Below are positions 8,007-18,441 of a stretch of 51,381 bases of DNA, piece after piece; position 1 is the first letter of the stretch; each line of letters starts with the position of its first letter. The notes under the pieces were generated by a model, which had not been told where the DNA came from, searched no databases, and saw only the letters and a list, made by a program, of their open reading frames with translations. Source of the stretch: a virus. The stretch is from IMG/VR virus record IMGVR_UViG_3300045988_079259, positions 1 through 51,381 of that record; one strand, given 5' to 3'. The translations under genes were made by a program, and so were the position numbers.

Positions 8007-10913
8007 TTAACCACCCGTAACCTGTTCAACCATCTTCTGGGAGCGTTTTACCGCGCGTCCCAAAGCGACAGACGGAGAAATCGAAAGTTCCTTGTCAGCA
8101 ATCTTTTGTAACAGTCTGTTTTGTTCTCTGAGAAGTTTGTTCTGCTCTGCGGTATCCTTGTCCGAGCCGGAACTGTTCGCGCGGAGTACGCCGTTCATAG
8201 CGTTTGTGACACCTGCCTGAATGCCCGCTATAATCTGACCGTTGTTCGCAACAGCGTTTCTGCCGCCTATAGTGCCTACCAGTTCGGGTCCAGCTTCACG
8301 CGCAACGAATAACTGTCCCATAGTCGGGAAACCGCCGTCCGCAAACTGATTATCGAGAGAACCGAAAAGCAAATCGTCAACAATGGAATCCGTCTTAGTC
8401 TTGCGAATCTTTTCTCTCGCTTCCTCAACCTTGCTGAAATCGGCTTTTACATCAATAGTGACACCTGCGGTCATACCGTCAAGACTGTTCATTTGGTCTT
8501 TGAAAAACTCTACTTTTTTAGTCGCATTATCAAAGTTAGTTTGAGCGTCTTCTATGGCTTGATTGTTGTTGTCCATGGCTTTTTCTGCTTTTTCGAGTGC
8601 TTCTCTGTATTTCGCGAATTCAGTTACACCTTCATCTCCTAAAACCTTAGCGAAAGTTATAGCTGTGCTGTGAGAAGTCGAAAGAGATTCTGTGGTAATT
8701 TCACTGGCATCTTTAACATCAACAAGCCCGCTGTGAGCTTCCCGCAAGAAGTATTGTAATGTCGTGTCATTTTGAATGAGGTCAAACAGCTTTTGCTGAG
8801 ATTCCCTGAATTTGTCTGTAGCTTCTGCGTTTTCAGCTTGGTAGTCTTTTATTCTAACCATTGCGTCTGCCTGCTGCTTATATGCATCTTTGATAACTTC
8901 GCTATAAGCTTGCTGTTTTAGTTGCTTGTCGAGAGCAGTATAAAGGTCTTCAACTTCTTGCCTTGTCCTTGACAGCGAACCGTCGTCGTTTATCGAAATG
9001 TCTATACCCATACCATTTATTTCGGAAATGAGCGTTTTTAATAGTTCTGCTTCTCCGGATGTTCTTTGTTCCTTTGGAATGGAAGCAATATCGAAAGCCG
9101 CGTCAATTATATTTTTCAAATATGCCATTTGACTTTCAACTTCTTTTACAGGAGCGTCAAGATTGTCTATCTCTATAGCTACATCGGCTTCTGTTTTTAA
9201 ATTGAGCTTAGATTTTTCGAAAAGCTCATTCGCTCGCCTGTATAACTCGTCCTGGTTATAGTAAGCCTTTGTCTTCTCGTTGAATCCTATCGTAAACGCA
9301 GTAGCCGCAGTTGCAAGAGTAGCAACCAAACCTATAATCAGTCCAGCCTTGCCCCATTTAACGGTAAGCCCCGCTATAGTAGCAAGCGAGCCGATAACCG
9401 CTTTAAGAATGTTTTCTTTCGTCACTTCACCCGACGCAAGATTCTTTATGCCGTCAAACTCAAACGCAAGTCCCGCAAAAGATATAGCAAGCGTAGCGGA
9501 TGTGCCGAACCCGCCACCGAACAGCTCCGATACCTTTATGCCGAGAAGAGCCGCCACAATTTCTGTTGCATACTCTTTGATTTTCGCCCATGTGTCAAGA
9601 AGTCTGTCCGACCACTCGGTAACGCTTGACGAGATGTTCTCCATTGATACCTCTTCAAACATTCCGCTGTAGTCGGGTGTGGTCTTGCCGGAAGAACTGC
9701 CCGTGCTTGATATAACGTTCAGCTCGTCAAATCCCGCAAGGAGCTGTTTCTGAGCAGCCGCCGAATCCTTAGCCGCTTCCGCATATTCTTTCTGCTGGCG
9801 AATAGCCTTGGTCCACGAAGAAGCACCAGTCATTTTCGCGATAAGCTGATTCAACCAGTTTACACCCTCAACTATTCTGTCGATGAGCGAATCGAATACG
9901 GGAATGAGCGCATTGAGTATCGGAGCTGTCATAGCACCTACAGAGTTTCGGAAATATTGCAGAGAAGTAGCGGCACTGTCCATACTGCTTGCAAAGTCAG
10001 TCCCGACCGCCTTACTGTATTGGTAAAGGTTGTTTACGCCCTCGCTGAATGCCTTGGCAATCTGTTTCAAGAACTCATTCACGGTACGATAACGAAGGAT
10101 TCTTTCAAGTGAACCCGCAACCTTGCCGATAGTCTCGCCGAAAACCGAGTTCTTGAATCTCTTGCTCATCTGTTTGCCGAGGTCTTTTATGGACTTCGCA
10201 GCACCTTTTGCTTTGGCTTTGAGTTCGCCAAATTTCGCCGATATCGAAGCAAGCGGTTTTTCTACGGTGTCGAGTTGTTCCGCGTTTTTGATAAGGCTTT
10301 CGAGTATGTCGCTTTGACTTGTCTCTTTGCCCGCCGACTTGAGTATATCGTCAAACCGCTTCTTCATTGTCGCCGTAGGCTTAGTAAACATTGAATCAAG
10401 CGTCGAATCATACATAGCCTTTTGTATTTCAGCTCTTTGTTTTTTCGCTTTTGCGCTAAACGACTTCCAGTCCATAGGTTCTGACCGTCCGTGAAGCCAT
10501 TCTTCAGAAACGTTTTTTGCTCTTTCTTTTCTTGCTTGAATATAGGCGTTTGTGACCTGTTCAATGTTTTTTAGCTGTTCCGACATATAATCGTCCTCTG
10601 GTTTAGGCACGTTTATCTTCTTCGCCTTTTCCATGCCTTTCATGACGGTAGCGGAGTTTTTCATAACGTCTTTTAACGCACGGTATTTTTTTGTCGCATT
10701 TTCCGTTTCTGTAGCAAGCGATTTTAGAGAAGAAGCTGTTTCCTTTATGTCTTTGCCGCCTAAAAAATTGCTTACCTGCGGCATTGACTTGAAATCTCTC
10801 ATAAGTTCTCTGAGAGGTTCGAGCGTTTTCACAAGATTTTTCAGCGCACTTTCCGCTTTTTTTGTCTCGGCAGTGACTACTATTTGTAGATTGTCTATTG
10901 TTCCGTCAGCCAT
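8007..10913 (-). CDS. tape measure protein
   Basis: About 968 aa. Coiled-coil-rich with a central hydrophobic/Gly-rich block ([28 protein letters not shown]). Located after the G/GT chaperones. AAGGAG RBS before ATG 10913. Confidence 0.85.
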   Translation of the reverse strand: MADGTIDNLQIVVTAETKKAESALKNLVKTLEPLRELMRDFKSMPQVSNFLGGKDIKETASSLKSLATETENATKKYRALKDVMKNSATVMKGMEKAKKINVPKPEDDYMSEQLKNIEQVTNAYIQARKERAKNVSEEWLHGRSEPMDWKSFSAKAKKQRAEIQKAMYDSTLDSMFTKPTATMKKRFDDILKSAGKETSQSDILESLIKNAEQLDTVEKPLASISAKFGELKAKAKGAAKSIKDLGKQMSKRFKNSVFGETIGKVAGSLERILRYRTVNEFLKQIAKAFSEGVNNLYQYSKAVGTDFASSMDSAATSLQYFRNSVGAMTAPILNALIPVFDSLIDRIVEGVNWLNQLIAKMTGASSWTKAIRQQKEYAEAAKDSAAAQKQLLAGFDELNVISSTGSSSGKTTPDYSGMFEEVSMENISSSVTEWSDRLLDTWAKIKEYATEIVAALLGIKVSELFGGGFGTSATLAISFAGLAFEFDGIKNLASGEVTKENILKAVIGSLATIAGLTVKWGKAGLIIGLVATLATAATAFTIGFNEKTKAYYNQDELYRRANELFEKSKLNLKTEADVAIEIDNLDAPVKEVESQMAYLKNIIDAAFDIASIPKEQRTSGEAELLKTLISEINGMGIDISINDDGSLSRTRQEVEDLYTALDKQLKQQAYSEVIKDAYKQQADAMVRIKDYQAENAEATDKFRESQQKLFDLIQNDTTLQYFLREAHSGLVDVKDASEITTESLSTSHSTAITFAKVLGDEGVTEFAKYREALEKAEKAMDNNNQAIEDAQTNFDNATKKVEFFKDQMNSLDGMTAGVTIDVKADFSKVEEAREKIRKTKTDSIVDDLLFGSLDNQFADGGFPTMGQLFVAREAGPELVGTIGGRNAVANNGQIIAGIQAGVTNAMNGVLRANSSGSDKDTAEQNKLLREQNRLLQKIADKELSISPSVALGRAVKRSQKMVEQVTGG

Positions 10914-11708
10914 TGTTTTTGTTCTCCTTTCCACTGAATTTTTGTCGCATAGCGGAAAGCCACGAGAACGCTTGATTTTGAACTTCCGCTTGTTTTTTAG
11001 CTTTTTCCGCTTCTTCCTCGGCTTTCCTCTGCCTTTCGGTTACGGAATACGGCTTTTCGGGATATTTGCCGGGCTTTGTTCCGCGCTTTGCAAAAGCATG
11101 AAGAATAGGAGCGAGACAACCTACAGCCTCGTATACATAGATTCCTTGTAACCACGCCGCATAATTATCTCGCTCCTGTCTGTATTCTTCTGCTTCTCGG
11201 TAGTAGCGAAGTTCTGTAAAGTCTCCGTTCCAGTATGTGTCATAGGGAACTCCTATAGACATATAGTAGGAGCACATATTATCCGCATACTCCGCAAACC
11301 ACGGCTTGTCAACTGTCGGTTCAGCGTCAGTTATGCCCGTATCGCCGGAAGATGGTGTTATCCCTTCACCGTCTTCCACTTCACGTTTCCCTTGGGAGAC
11401 ATTTCTTCGATTACCTCATTTACCATTCTGAAAAGGATGTCGGAAAGAGTGTTTGCAGTTTCGCCTTCCTCTCCGTCTTCCGAATTGGCAAATTCCTTGT
11501 AAATAGCTATTCTTTCATTTCTCGGTACATTCTTGTGGAAAGCATCGAAAGCCGCACAGAAAAGGTCTTCCTGCGCCGTCAGAAGATGGTCTTCAAGATT
11601 TCCGAAGGAAAATCCGCTCTTCTCAAGTCGTTTGAGCGACGCAATTGTGTAGCCGAGGGTATATGCTGTTCCGTTGTATTCAAACTGAATTGTAGTTCTG
11701 TTAGCCAT
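10906..11708 (-). CDS. tail assembly chaperone, -1 frameshift fusion product (gpGT-like)
   Basis: The 157-aa ORF (10906..11379) lies in the -1 frame relative to the 116-aa ORF. The two overlap at the slippery heptamer 11385..11391. Classic arrangement between the major tail protein and the tape measure. Confidence 0.7.
11358..11708 (-). CDS. tail assembly chaperone (gpG-like)
   Basis: 116-aa acidic ORF immediately downstream of the major tail protein, with an AAAGGAAA RBS. Confidence 0.75.
   Translation of the reverse strand: MANRTTIQFEYNGTAYTLGYTIASLKRLEKSGFSFGNLEDHLLTAQEDLFCAAFDAFHKNVPRNERIAIYKEFANSEDGEEGETANTLSDILFRMVNEVIEEMSPKGNVKWKTVKG
11385..11391 (-). promoter_or_regulatory. -1 programmed ribosomal frameshift slippery heptamer G_GGA_AAC
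   Basis: The minus strand reads CCC AAG GGA AAC GTG. G GGA AAC fits X_XXY_YYZ in the zero frame. The -1 frame is open from 8 codons upstream of the site through to 10906. Confidence 0.7.
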
Positions 11709-11730
11709 GGTTTATATTTCCTTTCTTTAA

Positions 11731-12177
11731 TCAGGTATCGTCTGAAAGTGAGGGAGCTGTCAGTGCGGTTACGGTGACGGTGCAATGAACAACTTCGTTT
11801 ACTCCCGCACCGTTTACTTTAAGAGAGTACATTCCCTTAAAATTGAACTTGCCGTTAATACCTGTTGCTGTGTATGTGCCGTCGTTCGCACTTGTACCGC
11901 CAAACCATACGGAAAGGTCTGTTTCGGTGTTCTGACCTGCCTCAAGAGCCTTGTATTCCGTCTTAGTGTAGTTAGCTTCAAACTCAATGCTTTCCTGCTG
12001 CTGAATGCCGAGTACGCTGACAGATACGTAATGCGAAAGAGTTGTAGCGTCAAGCGTTTCGGGAGTACCGCCGAGGTCGCCGAAAGAGTTTATATCAATG
12101 AGCTTTGTGTATGTGCTTCCTGTGTCTTTCTTCATCAGGAATACGCCCATCGAGGTTACAGGGGTAGGTATAGCCAT
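11731..12177 (-). CDS. major tail protein (TP901-1/phi13-like)
   Basis: 148 aa (MAIPTPVTSMGVFLMKKDTGSTYTKLIDINSFGDLGGTPETLDATTL...). AGGAGG RBS; position upstream of the chaperones. Confidence 0.75.
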   Translation of the reverse strand: MAIPTPVTSMGVFLMKKDTGSTYTKLIDINSFGDLGGTPETLDATTLSHYVSVSVLGIQQQESIEFEANYTKTEYKALEAGQNTETDLSVWFGGTSANDGTYTATGINGKFNFKGMYSLKVNGAGVNEVVHCTVTVTALTAPSLSDDT

Positions 12178-12182
12178 CTAAA

Positions 12183-12584
12183 TTACCTCCTATAGATAAC
12201 ATTATTCTTGTCCGCACATCCTGTATAACGTGCTATAATTCTGTAAATCGTGCCGTCGTTTAAAGAAACAGGCTGCGCCGCAGTCCTCAAAAATCCGCGC
12301 ATGGTGAGCTGTCGGTCTATTTCAGCGAGAATTGTTTTCGCTTCCGTTTTCCGTTCTCCCACTTTGTTGGAGTAAATATTCACCTCATAAAGCAGATTCA
12401 CGTGATTCTCGCGGTTAGAGCTGTCAATCGTGTCCGAACGCACAAGATTGTCCGCTTCCACAATGCTCACAAACGGAAATGACGAAGGCAAACGCTCTTC
12501 AATGCCCGATATAGACAGGGCAGGAAACTTCTCTTTGAGCGCATTGTAAAGCTCCGTGTAAAGCACATTTTCAATGTCAATCAT
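12183..12584 (-). CDS. tail completion / tail terminator-like protein
   Basis: Start MIDIENVLY at 12584 with an AAAGGAGG RBS and an ATGA overlap with the upstream gene. The longer track ORF start is unsupported. Confidence 0.6.
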   Translation of the reverse strand: MIDIENVLYTELYNALKEKFPALSISGIEERLPSSFPFVSIVEADNLVRSDTIDSSNRENHVNLLYEVNIYSNKVGERKTEAKTILAEIDRQLTMRGFLRTAAQPVSLNDGTIYRIIARYTGCADKNNVIYRR

Positions 12585-13084
12585 GAGAACACCTCCTTTG
12601 CGATGTCGTATATTCTTCGGCGCATTTCCTCGGAAGCGTCCCACATGCAGCGGTTGGCATTGTTGCCGTGAGTTCTTATTCTTCCGTTGCCGAGGTCTTC
12701 ACCGTTCGTTCCAGGGTCTCCGCGATAGTACCATGTGTAGTTTTGACCGTAGCCCTTGCCGTATGCACCGCGAATCATGCCGAGTTCGTCAGCTTTCGGA
12801 TGCGTCACGGGATTATATACGCCTGCTCCGAATTCGATAAACAGTATTGATTCACCCGAAGCGTTTATGGCAAGCGTATGTTCGTCAAGCCACGTCGGCG
12901 AAGAATCAACCACAACATCATTTACGCCGTCGTACTCCGCGCTTTGAAAATGGATTGCCGCCTGCGTTATGCCTATGTCGGCTAGTTTTTCAAGAAACGT
13001 GTTCAGTTTTGCTCCGAGACTGCGCGTGTAGTCCTTAATCTGACGCGCGACTTTCCACGTGTTTCTTATTCTGATGTTTATCAT
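12581..13084 (-). CDS. HK97 gp10-like head-tail joining protein
   Basis: 167-aa ORF with ATGA coupling on both sides. Synteny in the connector block. Confidence 0.55.
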   Translation of the reverse strand: MINIRIRNTWKVARQIKDYTRSLGAKLNTFLEKLADIGITQAAIHFQSAEYDGVNDVVVDSSPTWLDEHTLAINASGESILFIEFGAGVYNPVTHPKADELGMIRGAYGKGYGQNYTWYYRGDPGTNGEDLGNGRIRTHGNNANRCMWDASEEMRRRIYDIAKEVFS

Positions 13085-13473
13085 CCGTCAACAGTCACCC
13101 GCCTTATCGCATAGGAAACGCTGTTTATCGACCGTGCAACTTTCGTCACAATGTAGTCGTATTCCATGCGTCCGTTCGCGTCATAGGTCAAAGGCTTGTC
13201 GATGCATAATACGGTGTGTTCGTCAATCTCAAAATTCGGTTCATCTATCACAATAATTCTGTCGTACTGTATATCCGTTCCGAACGTTTCAACTATAACG
13301 TCGCCATACATCGAAGCCGACTTAGCCGCCGATATGTTAGCCTTATACTTCTTCGGAGTTGAGTATTTCGCAGTGTGTTCTCCCGTGTACAGTCCGTTTT
13401 CGTCTTCTCCGTCCTCGTTTCCGAGATATAGTGCATACCAAAATTCGCGCTTGTTCTTTTTCAAACATCTCAT
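13081..13473 (-). CDS. head closure / head-tail adaptor protein
   Basis: 130-aa ORF, translationally coupled (ATGA). Synteny. Confidence 0.55.
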   Translation of the reverse strand: MRCLKKNKREFWYALYLGNEDGEDENGLYTGEHTAKYSTPKKYKANISAAKSASMYGDVIVETFGTDIQYDRIIVIDEPNFEIDEHTVLCIDKPLTYDANGRMEYDYIVTKVARSINSVSYAIRRVTVDG

Positions 13474-13775
13474 GTCGGTCTGCCTACTTTCGGAATGATT
13501 TCATTTAGAAGCTGTTCGGACACCCATTCGGAACTCCACTTTCGGTCAATACCGTTTTCGGAATGAGAGAGCTGCCCAGACGCGCCGAGCCTGTTGTACA
13601 TGTCTTCCGCTATGCGTATTTTGAGGTCTCTGTACCGTTCTTCAAATGTGGCATTATCTCCCCCAAAGGGGAAACGGCGGGAGATTATGATATTTTCCGC
13701 GCTTTCAAGCAGCTCATAGAGAATGCGTGTATCACTTTCTTCCGTTCTGATTTTCAAGCGTTCAATGTCGGTCAT
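13470..13775 (-). CDS. gp6-like head-tail connector protein
   Basis: 101-aa ORF downstream of the capsid gene. Typical size and position. Confidence 0.55.
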   Translation of the reverse strand: MTDIERLKIRTEESDTRILYELLESAENIIISRRFPFGGDNATFEERYRDLKIRIAEDMYNRLGASGQLSHSENGIDRKWSSEWVSEQLLNEIIPKVGRPT

Positions 13776-13790
13776 TTTCTCCCGCCTTTC

Positions 13791-13982
13791 TCATTTCTTT
13801 TTGCGTGTGTTAGTTGTTGTCTTCGGCTTTTCTTCCGCTACAACAGTCTTTTCTTTCTCTTCGGTTATCACTCCGTGCGCCGAAAGTTCCGCAGTATCGG
13901 AGGAAGATATCTCAAACTTTTCTCCCGCATTGTGCCACACACCACGGTAATTAACCGAATATTTAGGTGTGAGGTAAATCAT
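13791..13982 (-). CDS. hypothetical small protein with a Lys-rich tail
   Basis: 63-aa ORF whose ATG overlaps the capsid gene stop (TGATG). Confidence 0.45.
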   Translation of the reverse strand: MIYLTPKYSVNYRGVWHNAGEKFEISSSDTAELSAHGVITEEKEKTVVAEEKPKTTTNTRKKK

Positions 13983-15049
13983 CAGGCAGTTACCTTGAGA
14001 GTTACAACTTCGTTCATTCTCTCGTAGGAAGGAAGAACGATTTCGGAAGCGTAGATATTTGTGACAGCGGGATGAATTTGTACATTCTGTGTAATTGTGA
14101 TGCCTGTATCAACAAAGCTGACTTCTGTGTTCGCGCCGGAAATAAGTCTCGCTTCCTCGGGAGTTGTGCCGTACCAAGTTCTGCCCAGTGTACCTTCGGG
14201 AATGAATGTAACATATCCGTCGGGAACGAATGATTTGGTTGCGCCGCTTTCGTTCTTATACTTCTTCGAGTAAACAATAGGTCTGATTCCGGTTTCGTTT
14301 TCGATAACATCAGAAGCTCTTGCGCCTGTTACATAGCTCTGAACAACGCCCGATGTTGAAATAATGGAGTTCTTAACAGCGGAGGTGGCTTTCAGAAGGT
14401 TGAATGTTGCGGAGGACATAATGGCATATCTTATTTCAGAACCTGAAACGTCAGCTGCCTTGTTCTTCATATCCTCGAAGTCCTTAATCGGGTCCGCCGT
14501 GGAAGCCGCTGACCAAAGAGCTGTAGAGGTAAGTGCAGAATAGTTGTTAGTCTTCCATGTATCGTTGGGGTCGTAGTCGTATTCATAGGCTACACCGTTC
14601 GCTTTTATTGAAATAGCCATATCGCCACTTTCGGGGAAAAGAAGAGACATTCTCATACGTTCAGAGACAACGTGAGCGCCGTCAATGAGGTCTCTTAAAT
14701 AGTCAAAAGTGCGATTAAGTATAGCCAGTGCGTAAGGTTCATTAGAATCTCGCACCTGAAGGAATTCCTGAATGTCATTTTCAGAGAGCTTATGAGCTGC
14801 GCGGAAAAAAGGCATTTCTGTTTCGAATCTTGAAAGTTCGCCAATCTCACGATAAGTTGCCTGAGCGTCAAAAGCTGAAGGAGCGAGAGAAACAGGAAGT
14901 CCACCGTATCCTTTTACCCAAGCAAGACGCAGTCCTGTCTTCTTTTCGGCAGGGAAAAGTCCTTCGCCGAAATATGGAATTCTGTTAGAGGCTGTCTGCT
15001 CATAGTTGGCTGCAATTACGCGCGGCGTGATAAATTCGCTAAGATTCAT
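13982..15049 (-). CDS. major capsid protein (lambda gpE-like family)
   Basis: 355 aa (MNLSEFITPRVIAANYEQTASNRIPYFGEGLFP...). AAAGGAGA RBS. Preceded by decoration-like and scaffold-like genes. Confidence 0.8.
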   Translation of the reverse strand: MNLSEFITPRVIAANYEQTASNRIPYFGEGLFPAEKKTGLRLAWVKGYGGLPVSLAPSAFDAQATYREIGELSRFETEMPFFRAAHKLSENDIQEFLQVRDSNEPYALAILNRTFDYLRDLIDGAHVVSERMRMSLLFPESGDMAISIKANGVAYEYDYDPNDTWKTNNYSALTSTALWSAASTADPIKDFEDMKNKAADVSGSEIRYAIMSSATFNLLKATSAVKNSIISTSGVVQSYVTGARASDVIENETGIRPIVYSKKYKNESGATKSFVPDGYVTFIPEGTLGRTWYGTTPEEARLISGANTEVSFVDTGITITQNVQIHPAVTNIYASEIVLPSYERMNEVVTLKVTA

Positions 15050-15069
15050 TATTCAAGTCTCCTTTCAAA

Positions 15070-15402
15070 TTAAACGTTAGTCTCTGTGTCGGTTCTTATA
15101 ACAAGTCCCGAAACAGCAGTGCCAAGAGTTGAAATGTCTATGCCGGAGTGAGCCTTTGCTTTAACACCGTCTATAACGCCCTGTACAACGATTGCACCGT
15201 TGGGATTGACTGTCGGGTCAACGTCATAAAGAAGTACGCCTACAGCACCCGTAACACCGCTTGTGGGAGCTGTGCCGTCTGCTGTGAGCGGAGTTCCGGC
15301 TTTAACAAGGGATGTGCCACCCACTGTAATGGGAATTGCATTGTAGTTATTAGTCGCAAGAATAGTGAACATCTTGCCGGACTTTGTTTCTTTTACCTTC
15401 AT
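15070..15402 (-). CDS. head decoration-like protein
   Basis: 110-aa Gly/Thr/Val-rich ORF directly upstream of the capsid gene, with an AAAGGAGA RBS. Confidence 0.55.
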   Translation of the reverse strand: MKVKETKSGKMFTILATNNYNAIPITVGGTSLVKAGTPLTADGTAPTSGVTGAVGVLLYDVDPTVNPNGAIVVQGVIDGVKAKAHSGIDISTLGTAVSGLVIRTDTETNV

Positions 15403-15415
15403 TTTCTATCTCCTT

Positions 15416-15985
15416 TTAAATCTTCATATAATGTTCAAGTGCTTTCTTATTGACTTGATTAGCTTCTGCGGTACGTTTGCCGAGCTGTTTTGCGAGAGCA
15501 ATTTCAGGACTGTCTTTTTCTGTGTTGCTCCCACCGTTCGGATGAAGCCCGCGTTCAATATTTTCCTTGAACCTCTTTTCACATTCGGCGTTATATTTCT
15601 TCTGATTTTCGAGAACCGCGTCCATGTCACCGTTGAATATTGCTTCTGCGGTAGACTTTGCAAGTTCGGGAGAGTATCCGACTTCCAGGTATTTAGCGGT
15701 GTTCTCGGCAATAGAGGTCTTTTTCAGCAGTTCATTGTATTTGTCCTGAAGTTCCTTCATTGCTTCGTCGGACTGAACCTTAGCCGCTTCTTCGGAAGTC
15801 ATTTTCTCTTTAAGGCTTCTCTTTGCCGCCGCGAGGTCAGATGCGGTCTTGTCAAGCAGTTCTTTCTTTACATATCCCGATAAGTCGACTTTTTCAGGGA
15901 TATCAAGTCCGAGAAGAGCCTTGACCTGGTCTTCCGCGCTCATTGCGTCGAATCCTTCGATTGTTGAGGTGTCAATGTTAGGCAT
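15416..15985 (-). CDS. scaffolding protein
   Basis: 189-aa, highly charged and helical (KELLDKTASDLAAAKRSLKEKMTSEEAAK...). Lies between the MuF-like and capsid genes. Confidence 0.7.
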   Translation of the reverse strand: MPNIDTSTIEGFDAMSAEDQVKALLGLDIPEKVDLSGYVKKELLDKTASDLAAAKRSLKEKMTSEEAAKVQSDEAMKELQDKYNELLKKTSIAENTAKYLEVGYSPELAKSTAEAIFNGDMDAVLENQKKYNAECEKRFKENIERGLHPNGGSNTEKDSPEIALAKQLGKRTAEANQVNKKALEHYMKI

Positions 15986-16121
15986 AATAAATTCTCCTTG
16001 CGTTTTTCGGTCTTCTCTGACCTGATATTTTTTGCGCTTTTATACTGCATCTCCGCAGCCTGCGAATTTTATAAAGCGACTTCTCTGCCACTGATATATT
16101 AAGGCACGAGCCGTATATCCA

Positions 16122-16766
16122 TTATTTTCTTTCTATAGGTACGAGATAACATCTGCAATGCCAGTGCTGCTTGTCGGGCGCTTCGTTAATAGGGAATATT
16201 TCTCCGTCAAGCGGCTTGCAAATCTCGCATACCTTTTCATCCTCTTGCGTTACCCACATCACATACTCAACTCCCGCGTCCTTGTATGCTCTGAGCGCCG
16301 TCTCGTCAGTCACTATATCGGCGTATTGGGCGGTCATATTCGACCATAGGCTTACTGCACGTCTCCACTCGCTGTTAACGTCTGAACGTGTCCTGAGAGC
16401 TTCTGAAAGCCTGTCGCGCTTTCTTAAGACTTCGTTCTCGTATTCGTACTTTGTTACGGAATTCGGAGACGAGAGGACAGTCTCAACAAGGGTCTTTTTT
16501 GTTTTTGCGGAAATTTTTCCGATGTCCTTGTAACCGTATCGGCTTACTTCTTCGCCTATTTCTTCATATATGGCAAAGGCAAGTTCTAACATCGTGTCCC
16601 GTAAATCGCTGTCAAGGTTCTTGTAAAGCGTCGCGACGGTCTTTATAACATGAAGCTCGTCGAATTTAGCAAGCCTTATTGAGTACTTAGCTTTTTCAAA
16701 CCGCCGTATTGTCTTCTTCCGCAGTATTTCTATCGCTCTGTCCGTCGTTATGTACCGTTCTTGCAT
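16122..16766 (-). CDS. head morphogenesis protein (SPP1 gp7 / Mu F-like)
   Basis: The C-terminal motif VCEICKPLDGEIF...HWHCRCYLVP is typical of the family. AAGGAG RBS before ATG 16766. Overlaps the portal 3' end. Confidence 0.75.
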   Translation of the reverse strand: MQERYITTDRAIEILRKKTIRRFEKAKYSIRLAKFDELHVIKTVATLYKNLDSDLRDTMLELAFAIYEEIGEEVSRYGYKDIGKISAKTKKTLVETVLSSPNSVTKYEYENEVLRKRDRLSEALRTRSDVNSEWRRAVSLWSNMTAQYADIVTDETALRAYKDAGVEYVMWVTQEDEKVCEICKPLDGEIFPINEAPDKQHWHCRCYLVPIERK

Positions 16767-18219
16767 TCTCAAGCTCCTTTTCTAAGCTGTTTTCAAGCTC
16801 GGACTGTGCTTCTTCATACCACTCCATACCGCGCTGATATGCGTTCTCTACATCTGTAAACAAACCAGAAATGTCGTAAGCATCGCGCGGATGAACCTTT
16901 TCGTTGTTGAGCAGTTCACAAAGAACCTGTGCTTTCGATTGAATGTCGGTGAGGTTTTCGCGGGTAAACTGAATCTTGACGTCAGTCGGGTCAAGGTCGA
17001 GAACACCCTTGTCTTTGTAAATTTTGAGAATCAGCTTCAGAATCTCTCTTTCTGAACGCGCAAATAGCTTTTCAGTGTCGTTTGCTCTCGCGGAAGCGTC
17101 CTGCCACCCGTTGCGGAATCTCGTTCCCATGCCCGTGTCTGCCGCGGCTGAATCTCCGGCTCTTGTCGGCATACCCGTTATTTCATCAATGTAGTCATAC
17201 AGCGCGTCTATTTCCGTCTGAACGCCCGTCTGAGAGATTTCGGAGGATATGCGGTAAACCTTTGCTTCCGTTCCCTGACCGCTTCTGATGCAGATACACT
17301 GACCGCCCCTTGCAAGCTCCTTGTATGTGTTCTCGTCGATTTCGCAGTTTTGGAACACGTCATAGGCGTTCACAAAGTCAACAACATTGTCAACACGAGC
17401 GGATTCAAGAGTGTTTATCATGTTGATAGGCGAGAGAACCGTCTCAAACGCTCCTAAACGAGCTTCATTCAGCGGATATTCCACTATCGGAACGCGCCCG
17501 AAGTCGTAAGCAAGCCAGTCCGCAATATCGTTACCCTTTACGGTGTATCTTCCTTCCGGCACATAAACGTAGTAAATGAGGTTATCGTCCTCGTCGTACT
17601 GTTTCAGTACACCCGCGAGAGGTTTTCTGCCAATGCCCGAAGAGTAGATAACAAACGCTTCTCTCGGGTCAAGGGAATAAAGAGCTGCGGGACTGCCGTC
17701 TTTCTCGTTGTCGGGGTCGGGAAGAACCATCCTCGGTTCAACTCCGCAGATGTGCATCCAGTCGGAGCACTCTTTGTCCTTTGATTCTTTTCCCTCGGAA
17801 GTCATAAGAACGTTCAGATAAGCTACCTTGTCGGATATATCCTCTTTTCCGTTCGCCGCTACATACTGAATGGGAGAACTGAGGAAGAACGAGGATTTAA
17901 AAGTAACTATCTTGTTCGGAAGGTTGATAGTGACCTTGTTGTTGTTGTCGGGTCTTACGGTTTTGTCTTTATAGCGGATATCCATTATTCCGCGATAAAC
18001 GTCATATAAGTAATTTATTTCCGCGACATTTGCGCTGTCGAAACCGAGCGAATCTTCAAGCACGGACACAACGTTGTCGGCGGTTATTCTTTGTTTATTC
18101 GTTAGTATCTTTCGCCGACCATGAAGGCTATCACAAGTAGTAAGGCGAACAATATCATTTTCAAGCACGTGAAAAACCTCCGTGTAAACAAAAATAGGGA
18201 CTACCCGTATGTTTTCCAT
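16696..18219 (-). CDS. portal protein (SPP1 gp6-like)
   Basis: 507-aa ORF downstream of the terminase; size and synteny fit. The exact start is uncertain. Confidence 0.8.
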   Translation of the reverse strand: MENIRVVPIFVYTEVFHVLENDIVRLTTCDSLHGRRKILTNKQRITADNVVSVLEDSLGFDSANVAEINYLYDVYRGIMDIRYKDKTVRPDNNNKVTINLPNKIVTFKSSFFLSSPIQYVAANGKEDISDKVAYLNVLMTSEGKESKDKECSDWMHICGVEPRMVLPDPDNEKDGSPAALYSLDPREAFVIYSSGIGRKPLAGVLKQYDEDDNLIYYVYVPEGRYTVKGNDIADWLAYDFGRVPIVEYPLNEARLGAFETVLSPINMINTLESARVDNVVDFVNAYDVFQNCEIDENTYKELARGGQCICIRSGQGTEAKVYRISSEISQTGVQTEIDALYDYIDEITGMPTRAGDSAAADTGMGTRFRNGWQDASARANDTEKLFARSEREILKLILKIYKDKGVLDLDPTDVKIQFTRENLTDIQSKAQVLCELLNNEKVHPRDAYDISGLFTDVENAYQRGMEWYEEAQSELENSLEKELENARTVHNDGQSDRNTAEEDNTAV

Positions 18220-18257
18220 ACGAATAGCCCCTATCGGCTCTTACTGCAACCCGATTG

Positions 18258-18440
18258 TTACAGCGTTTTTATAGTGTATTTAGCTTTTCTCGAAGCGGTT
18301 ATTTCAAGTATAGTGACCTCTTCGCGCGATTTCTTTATTTTAACGTCATTACCACGCTCTAAAATCTCGTTGATTATAAGAAGCGCATCTTCTTTGACGT
18401 ACTTGAGACGGTGCGCGTGTTTCTCTTCTTCCATAGCCAC
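18258..18440 (-). CDS. hypothetical small protein
   Basis: 60-aa ORF between terL and the portal gene. GAGGTG lies just upstream; the start may be ATG 18434. Confidence 0.45.
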   Translation of the reverse strand: MAMEEEKHAHRLKYVKEDALLIINEILERGNDVKIKKSREEVTILEITASRKAKYTIKTL

Positions 18441-18441
18441 C

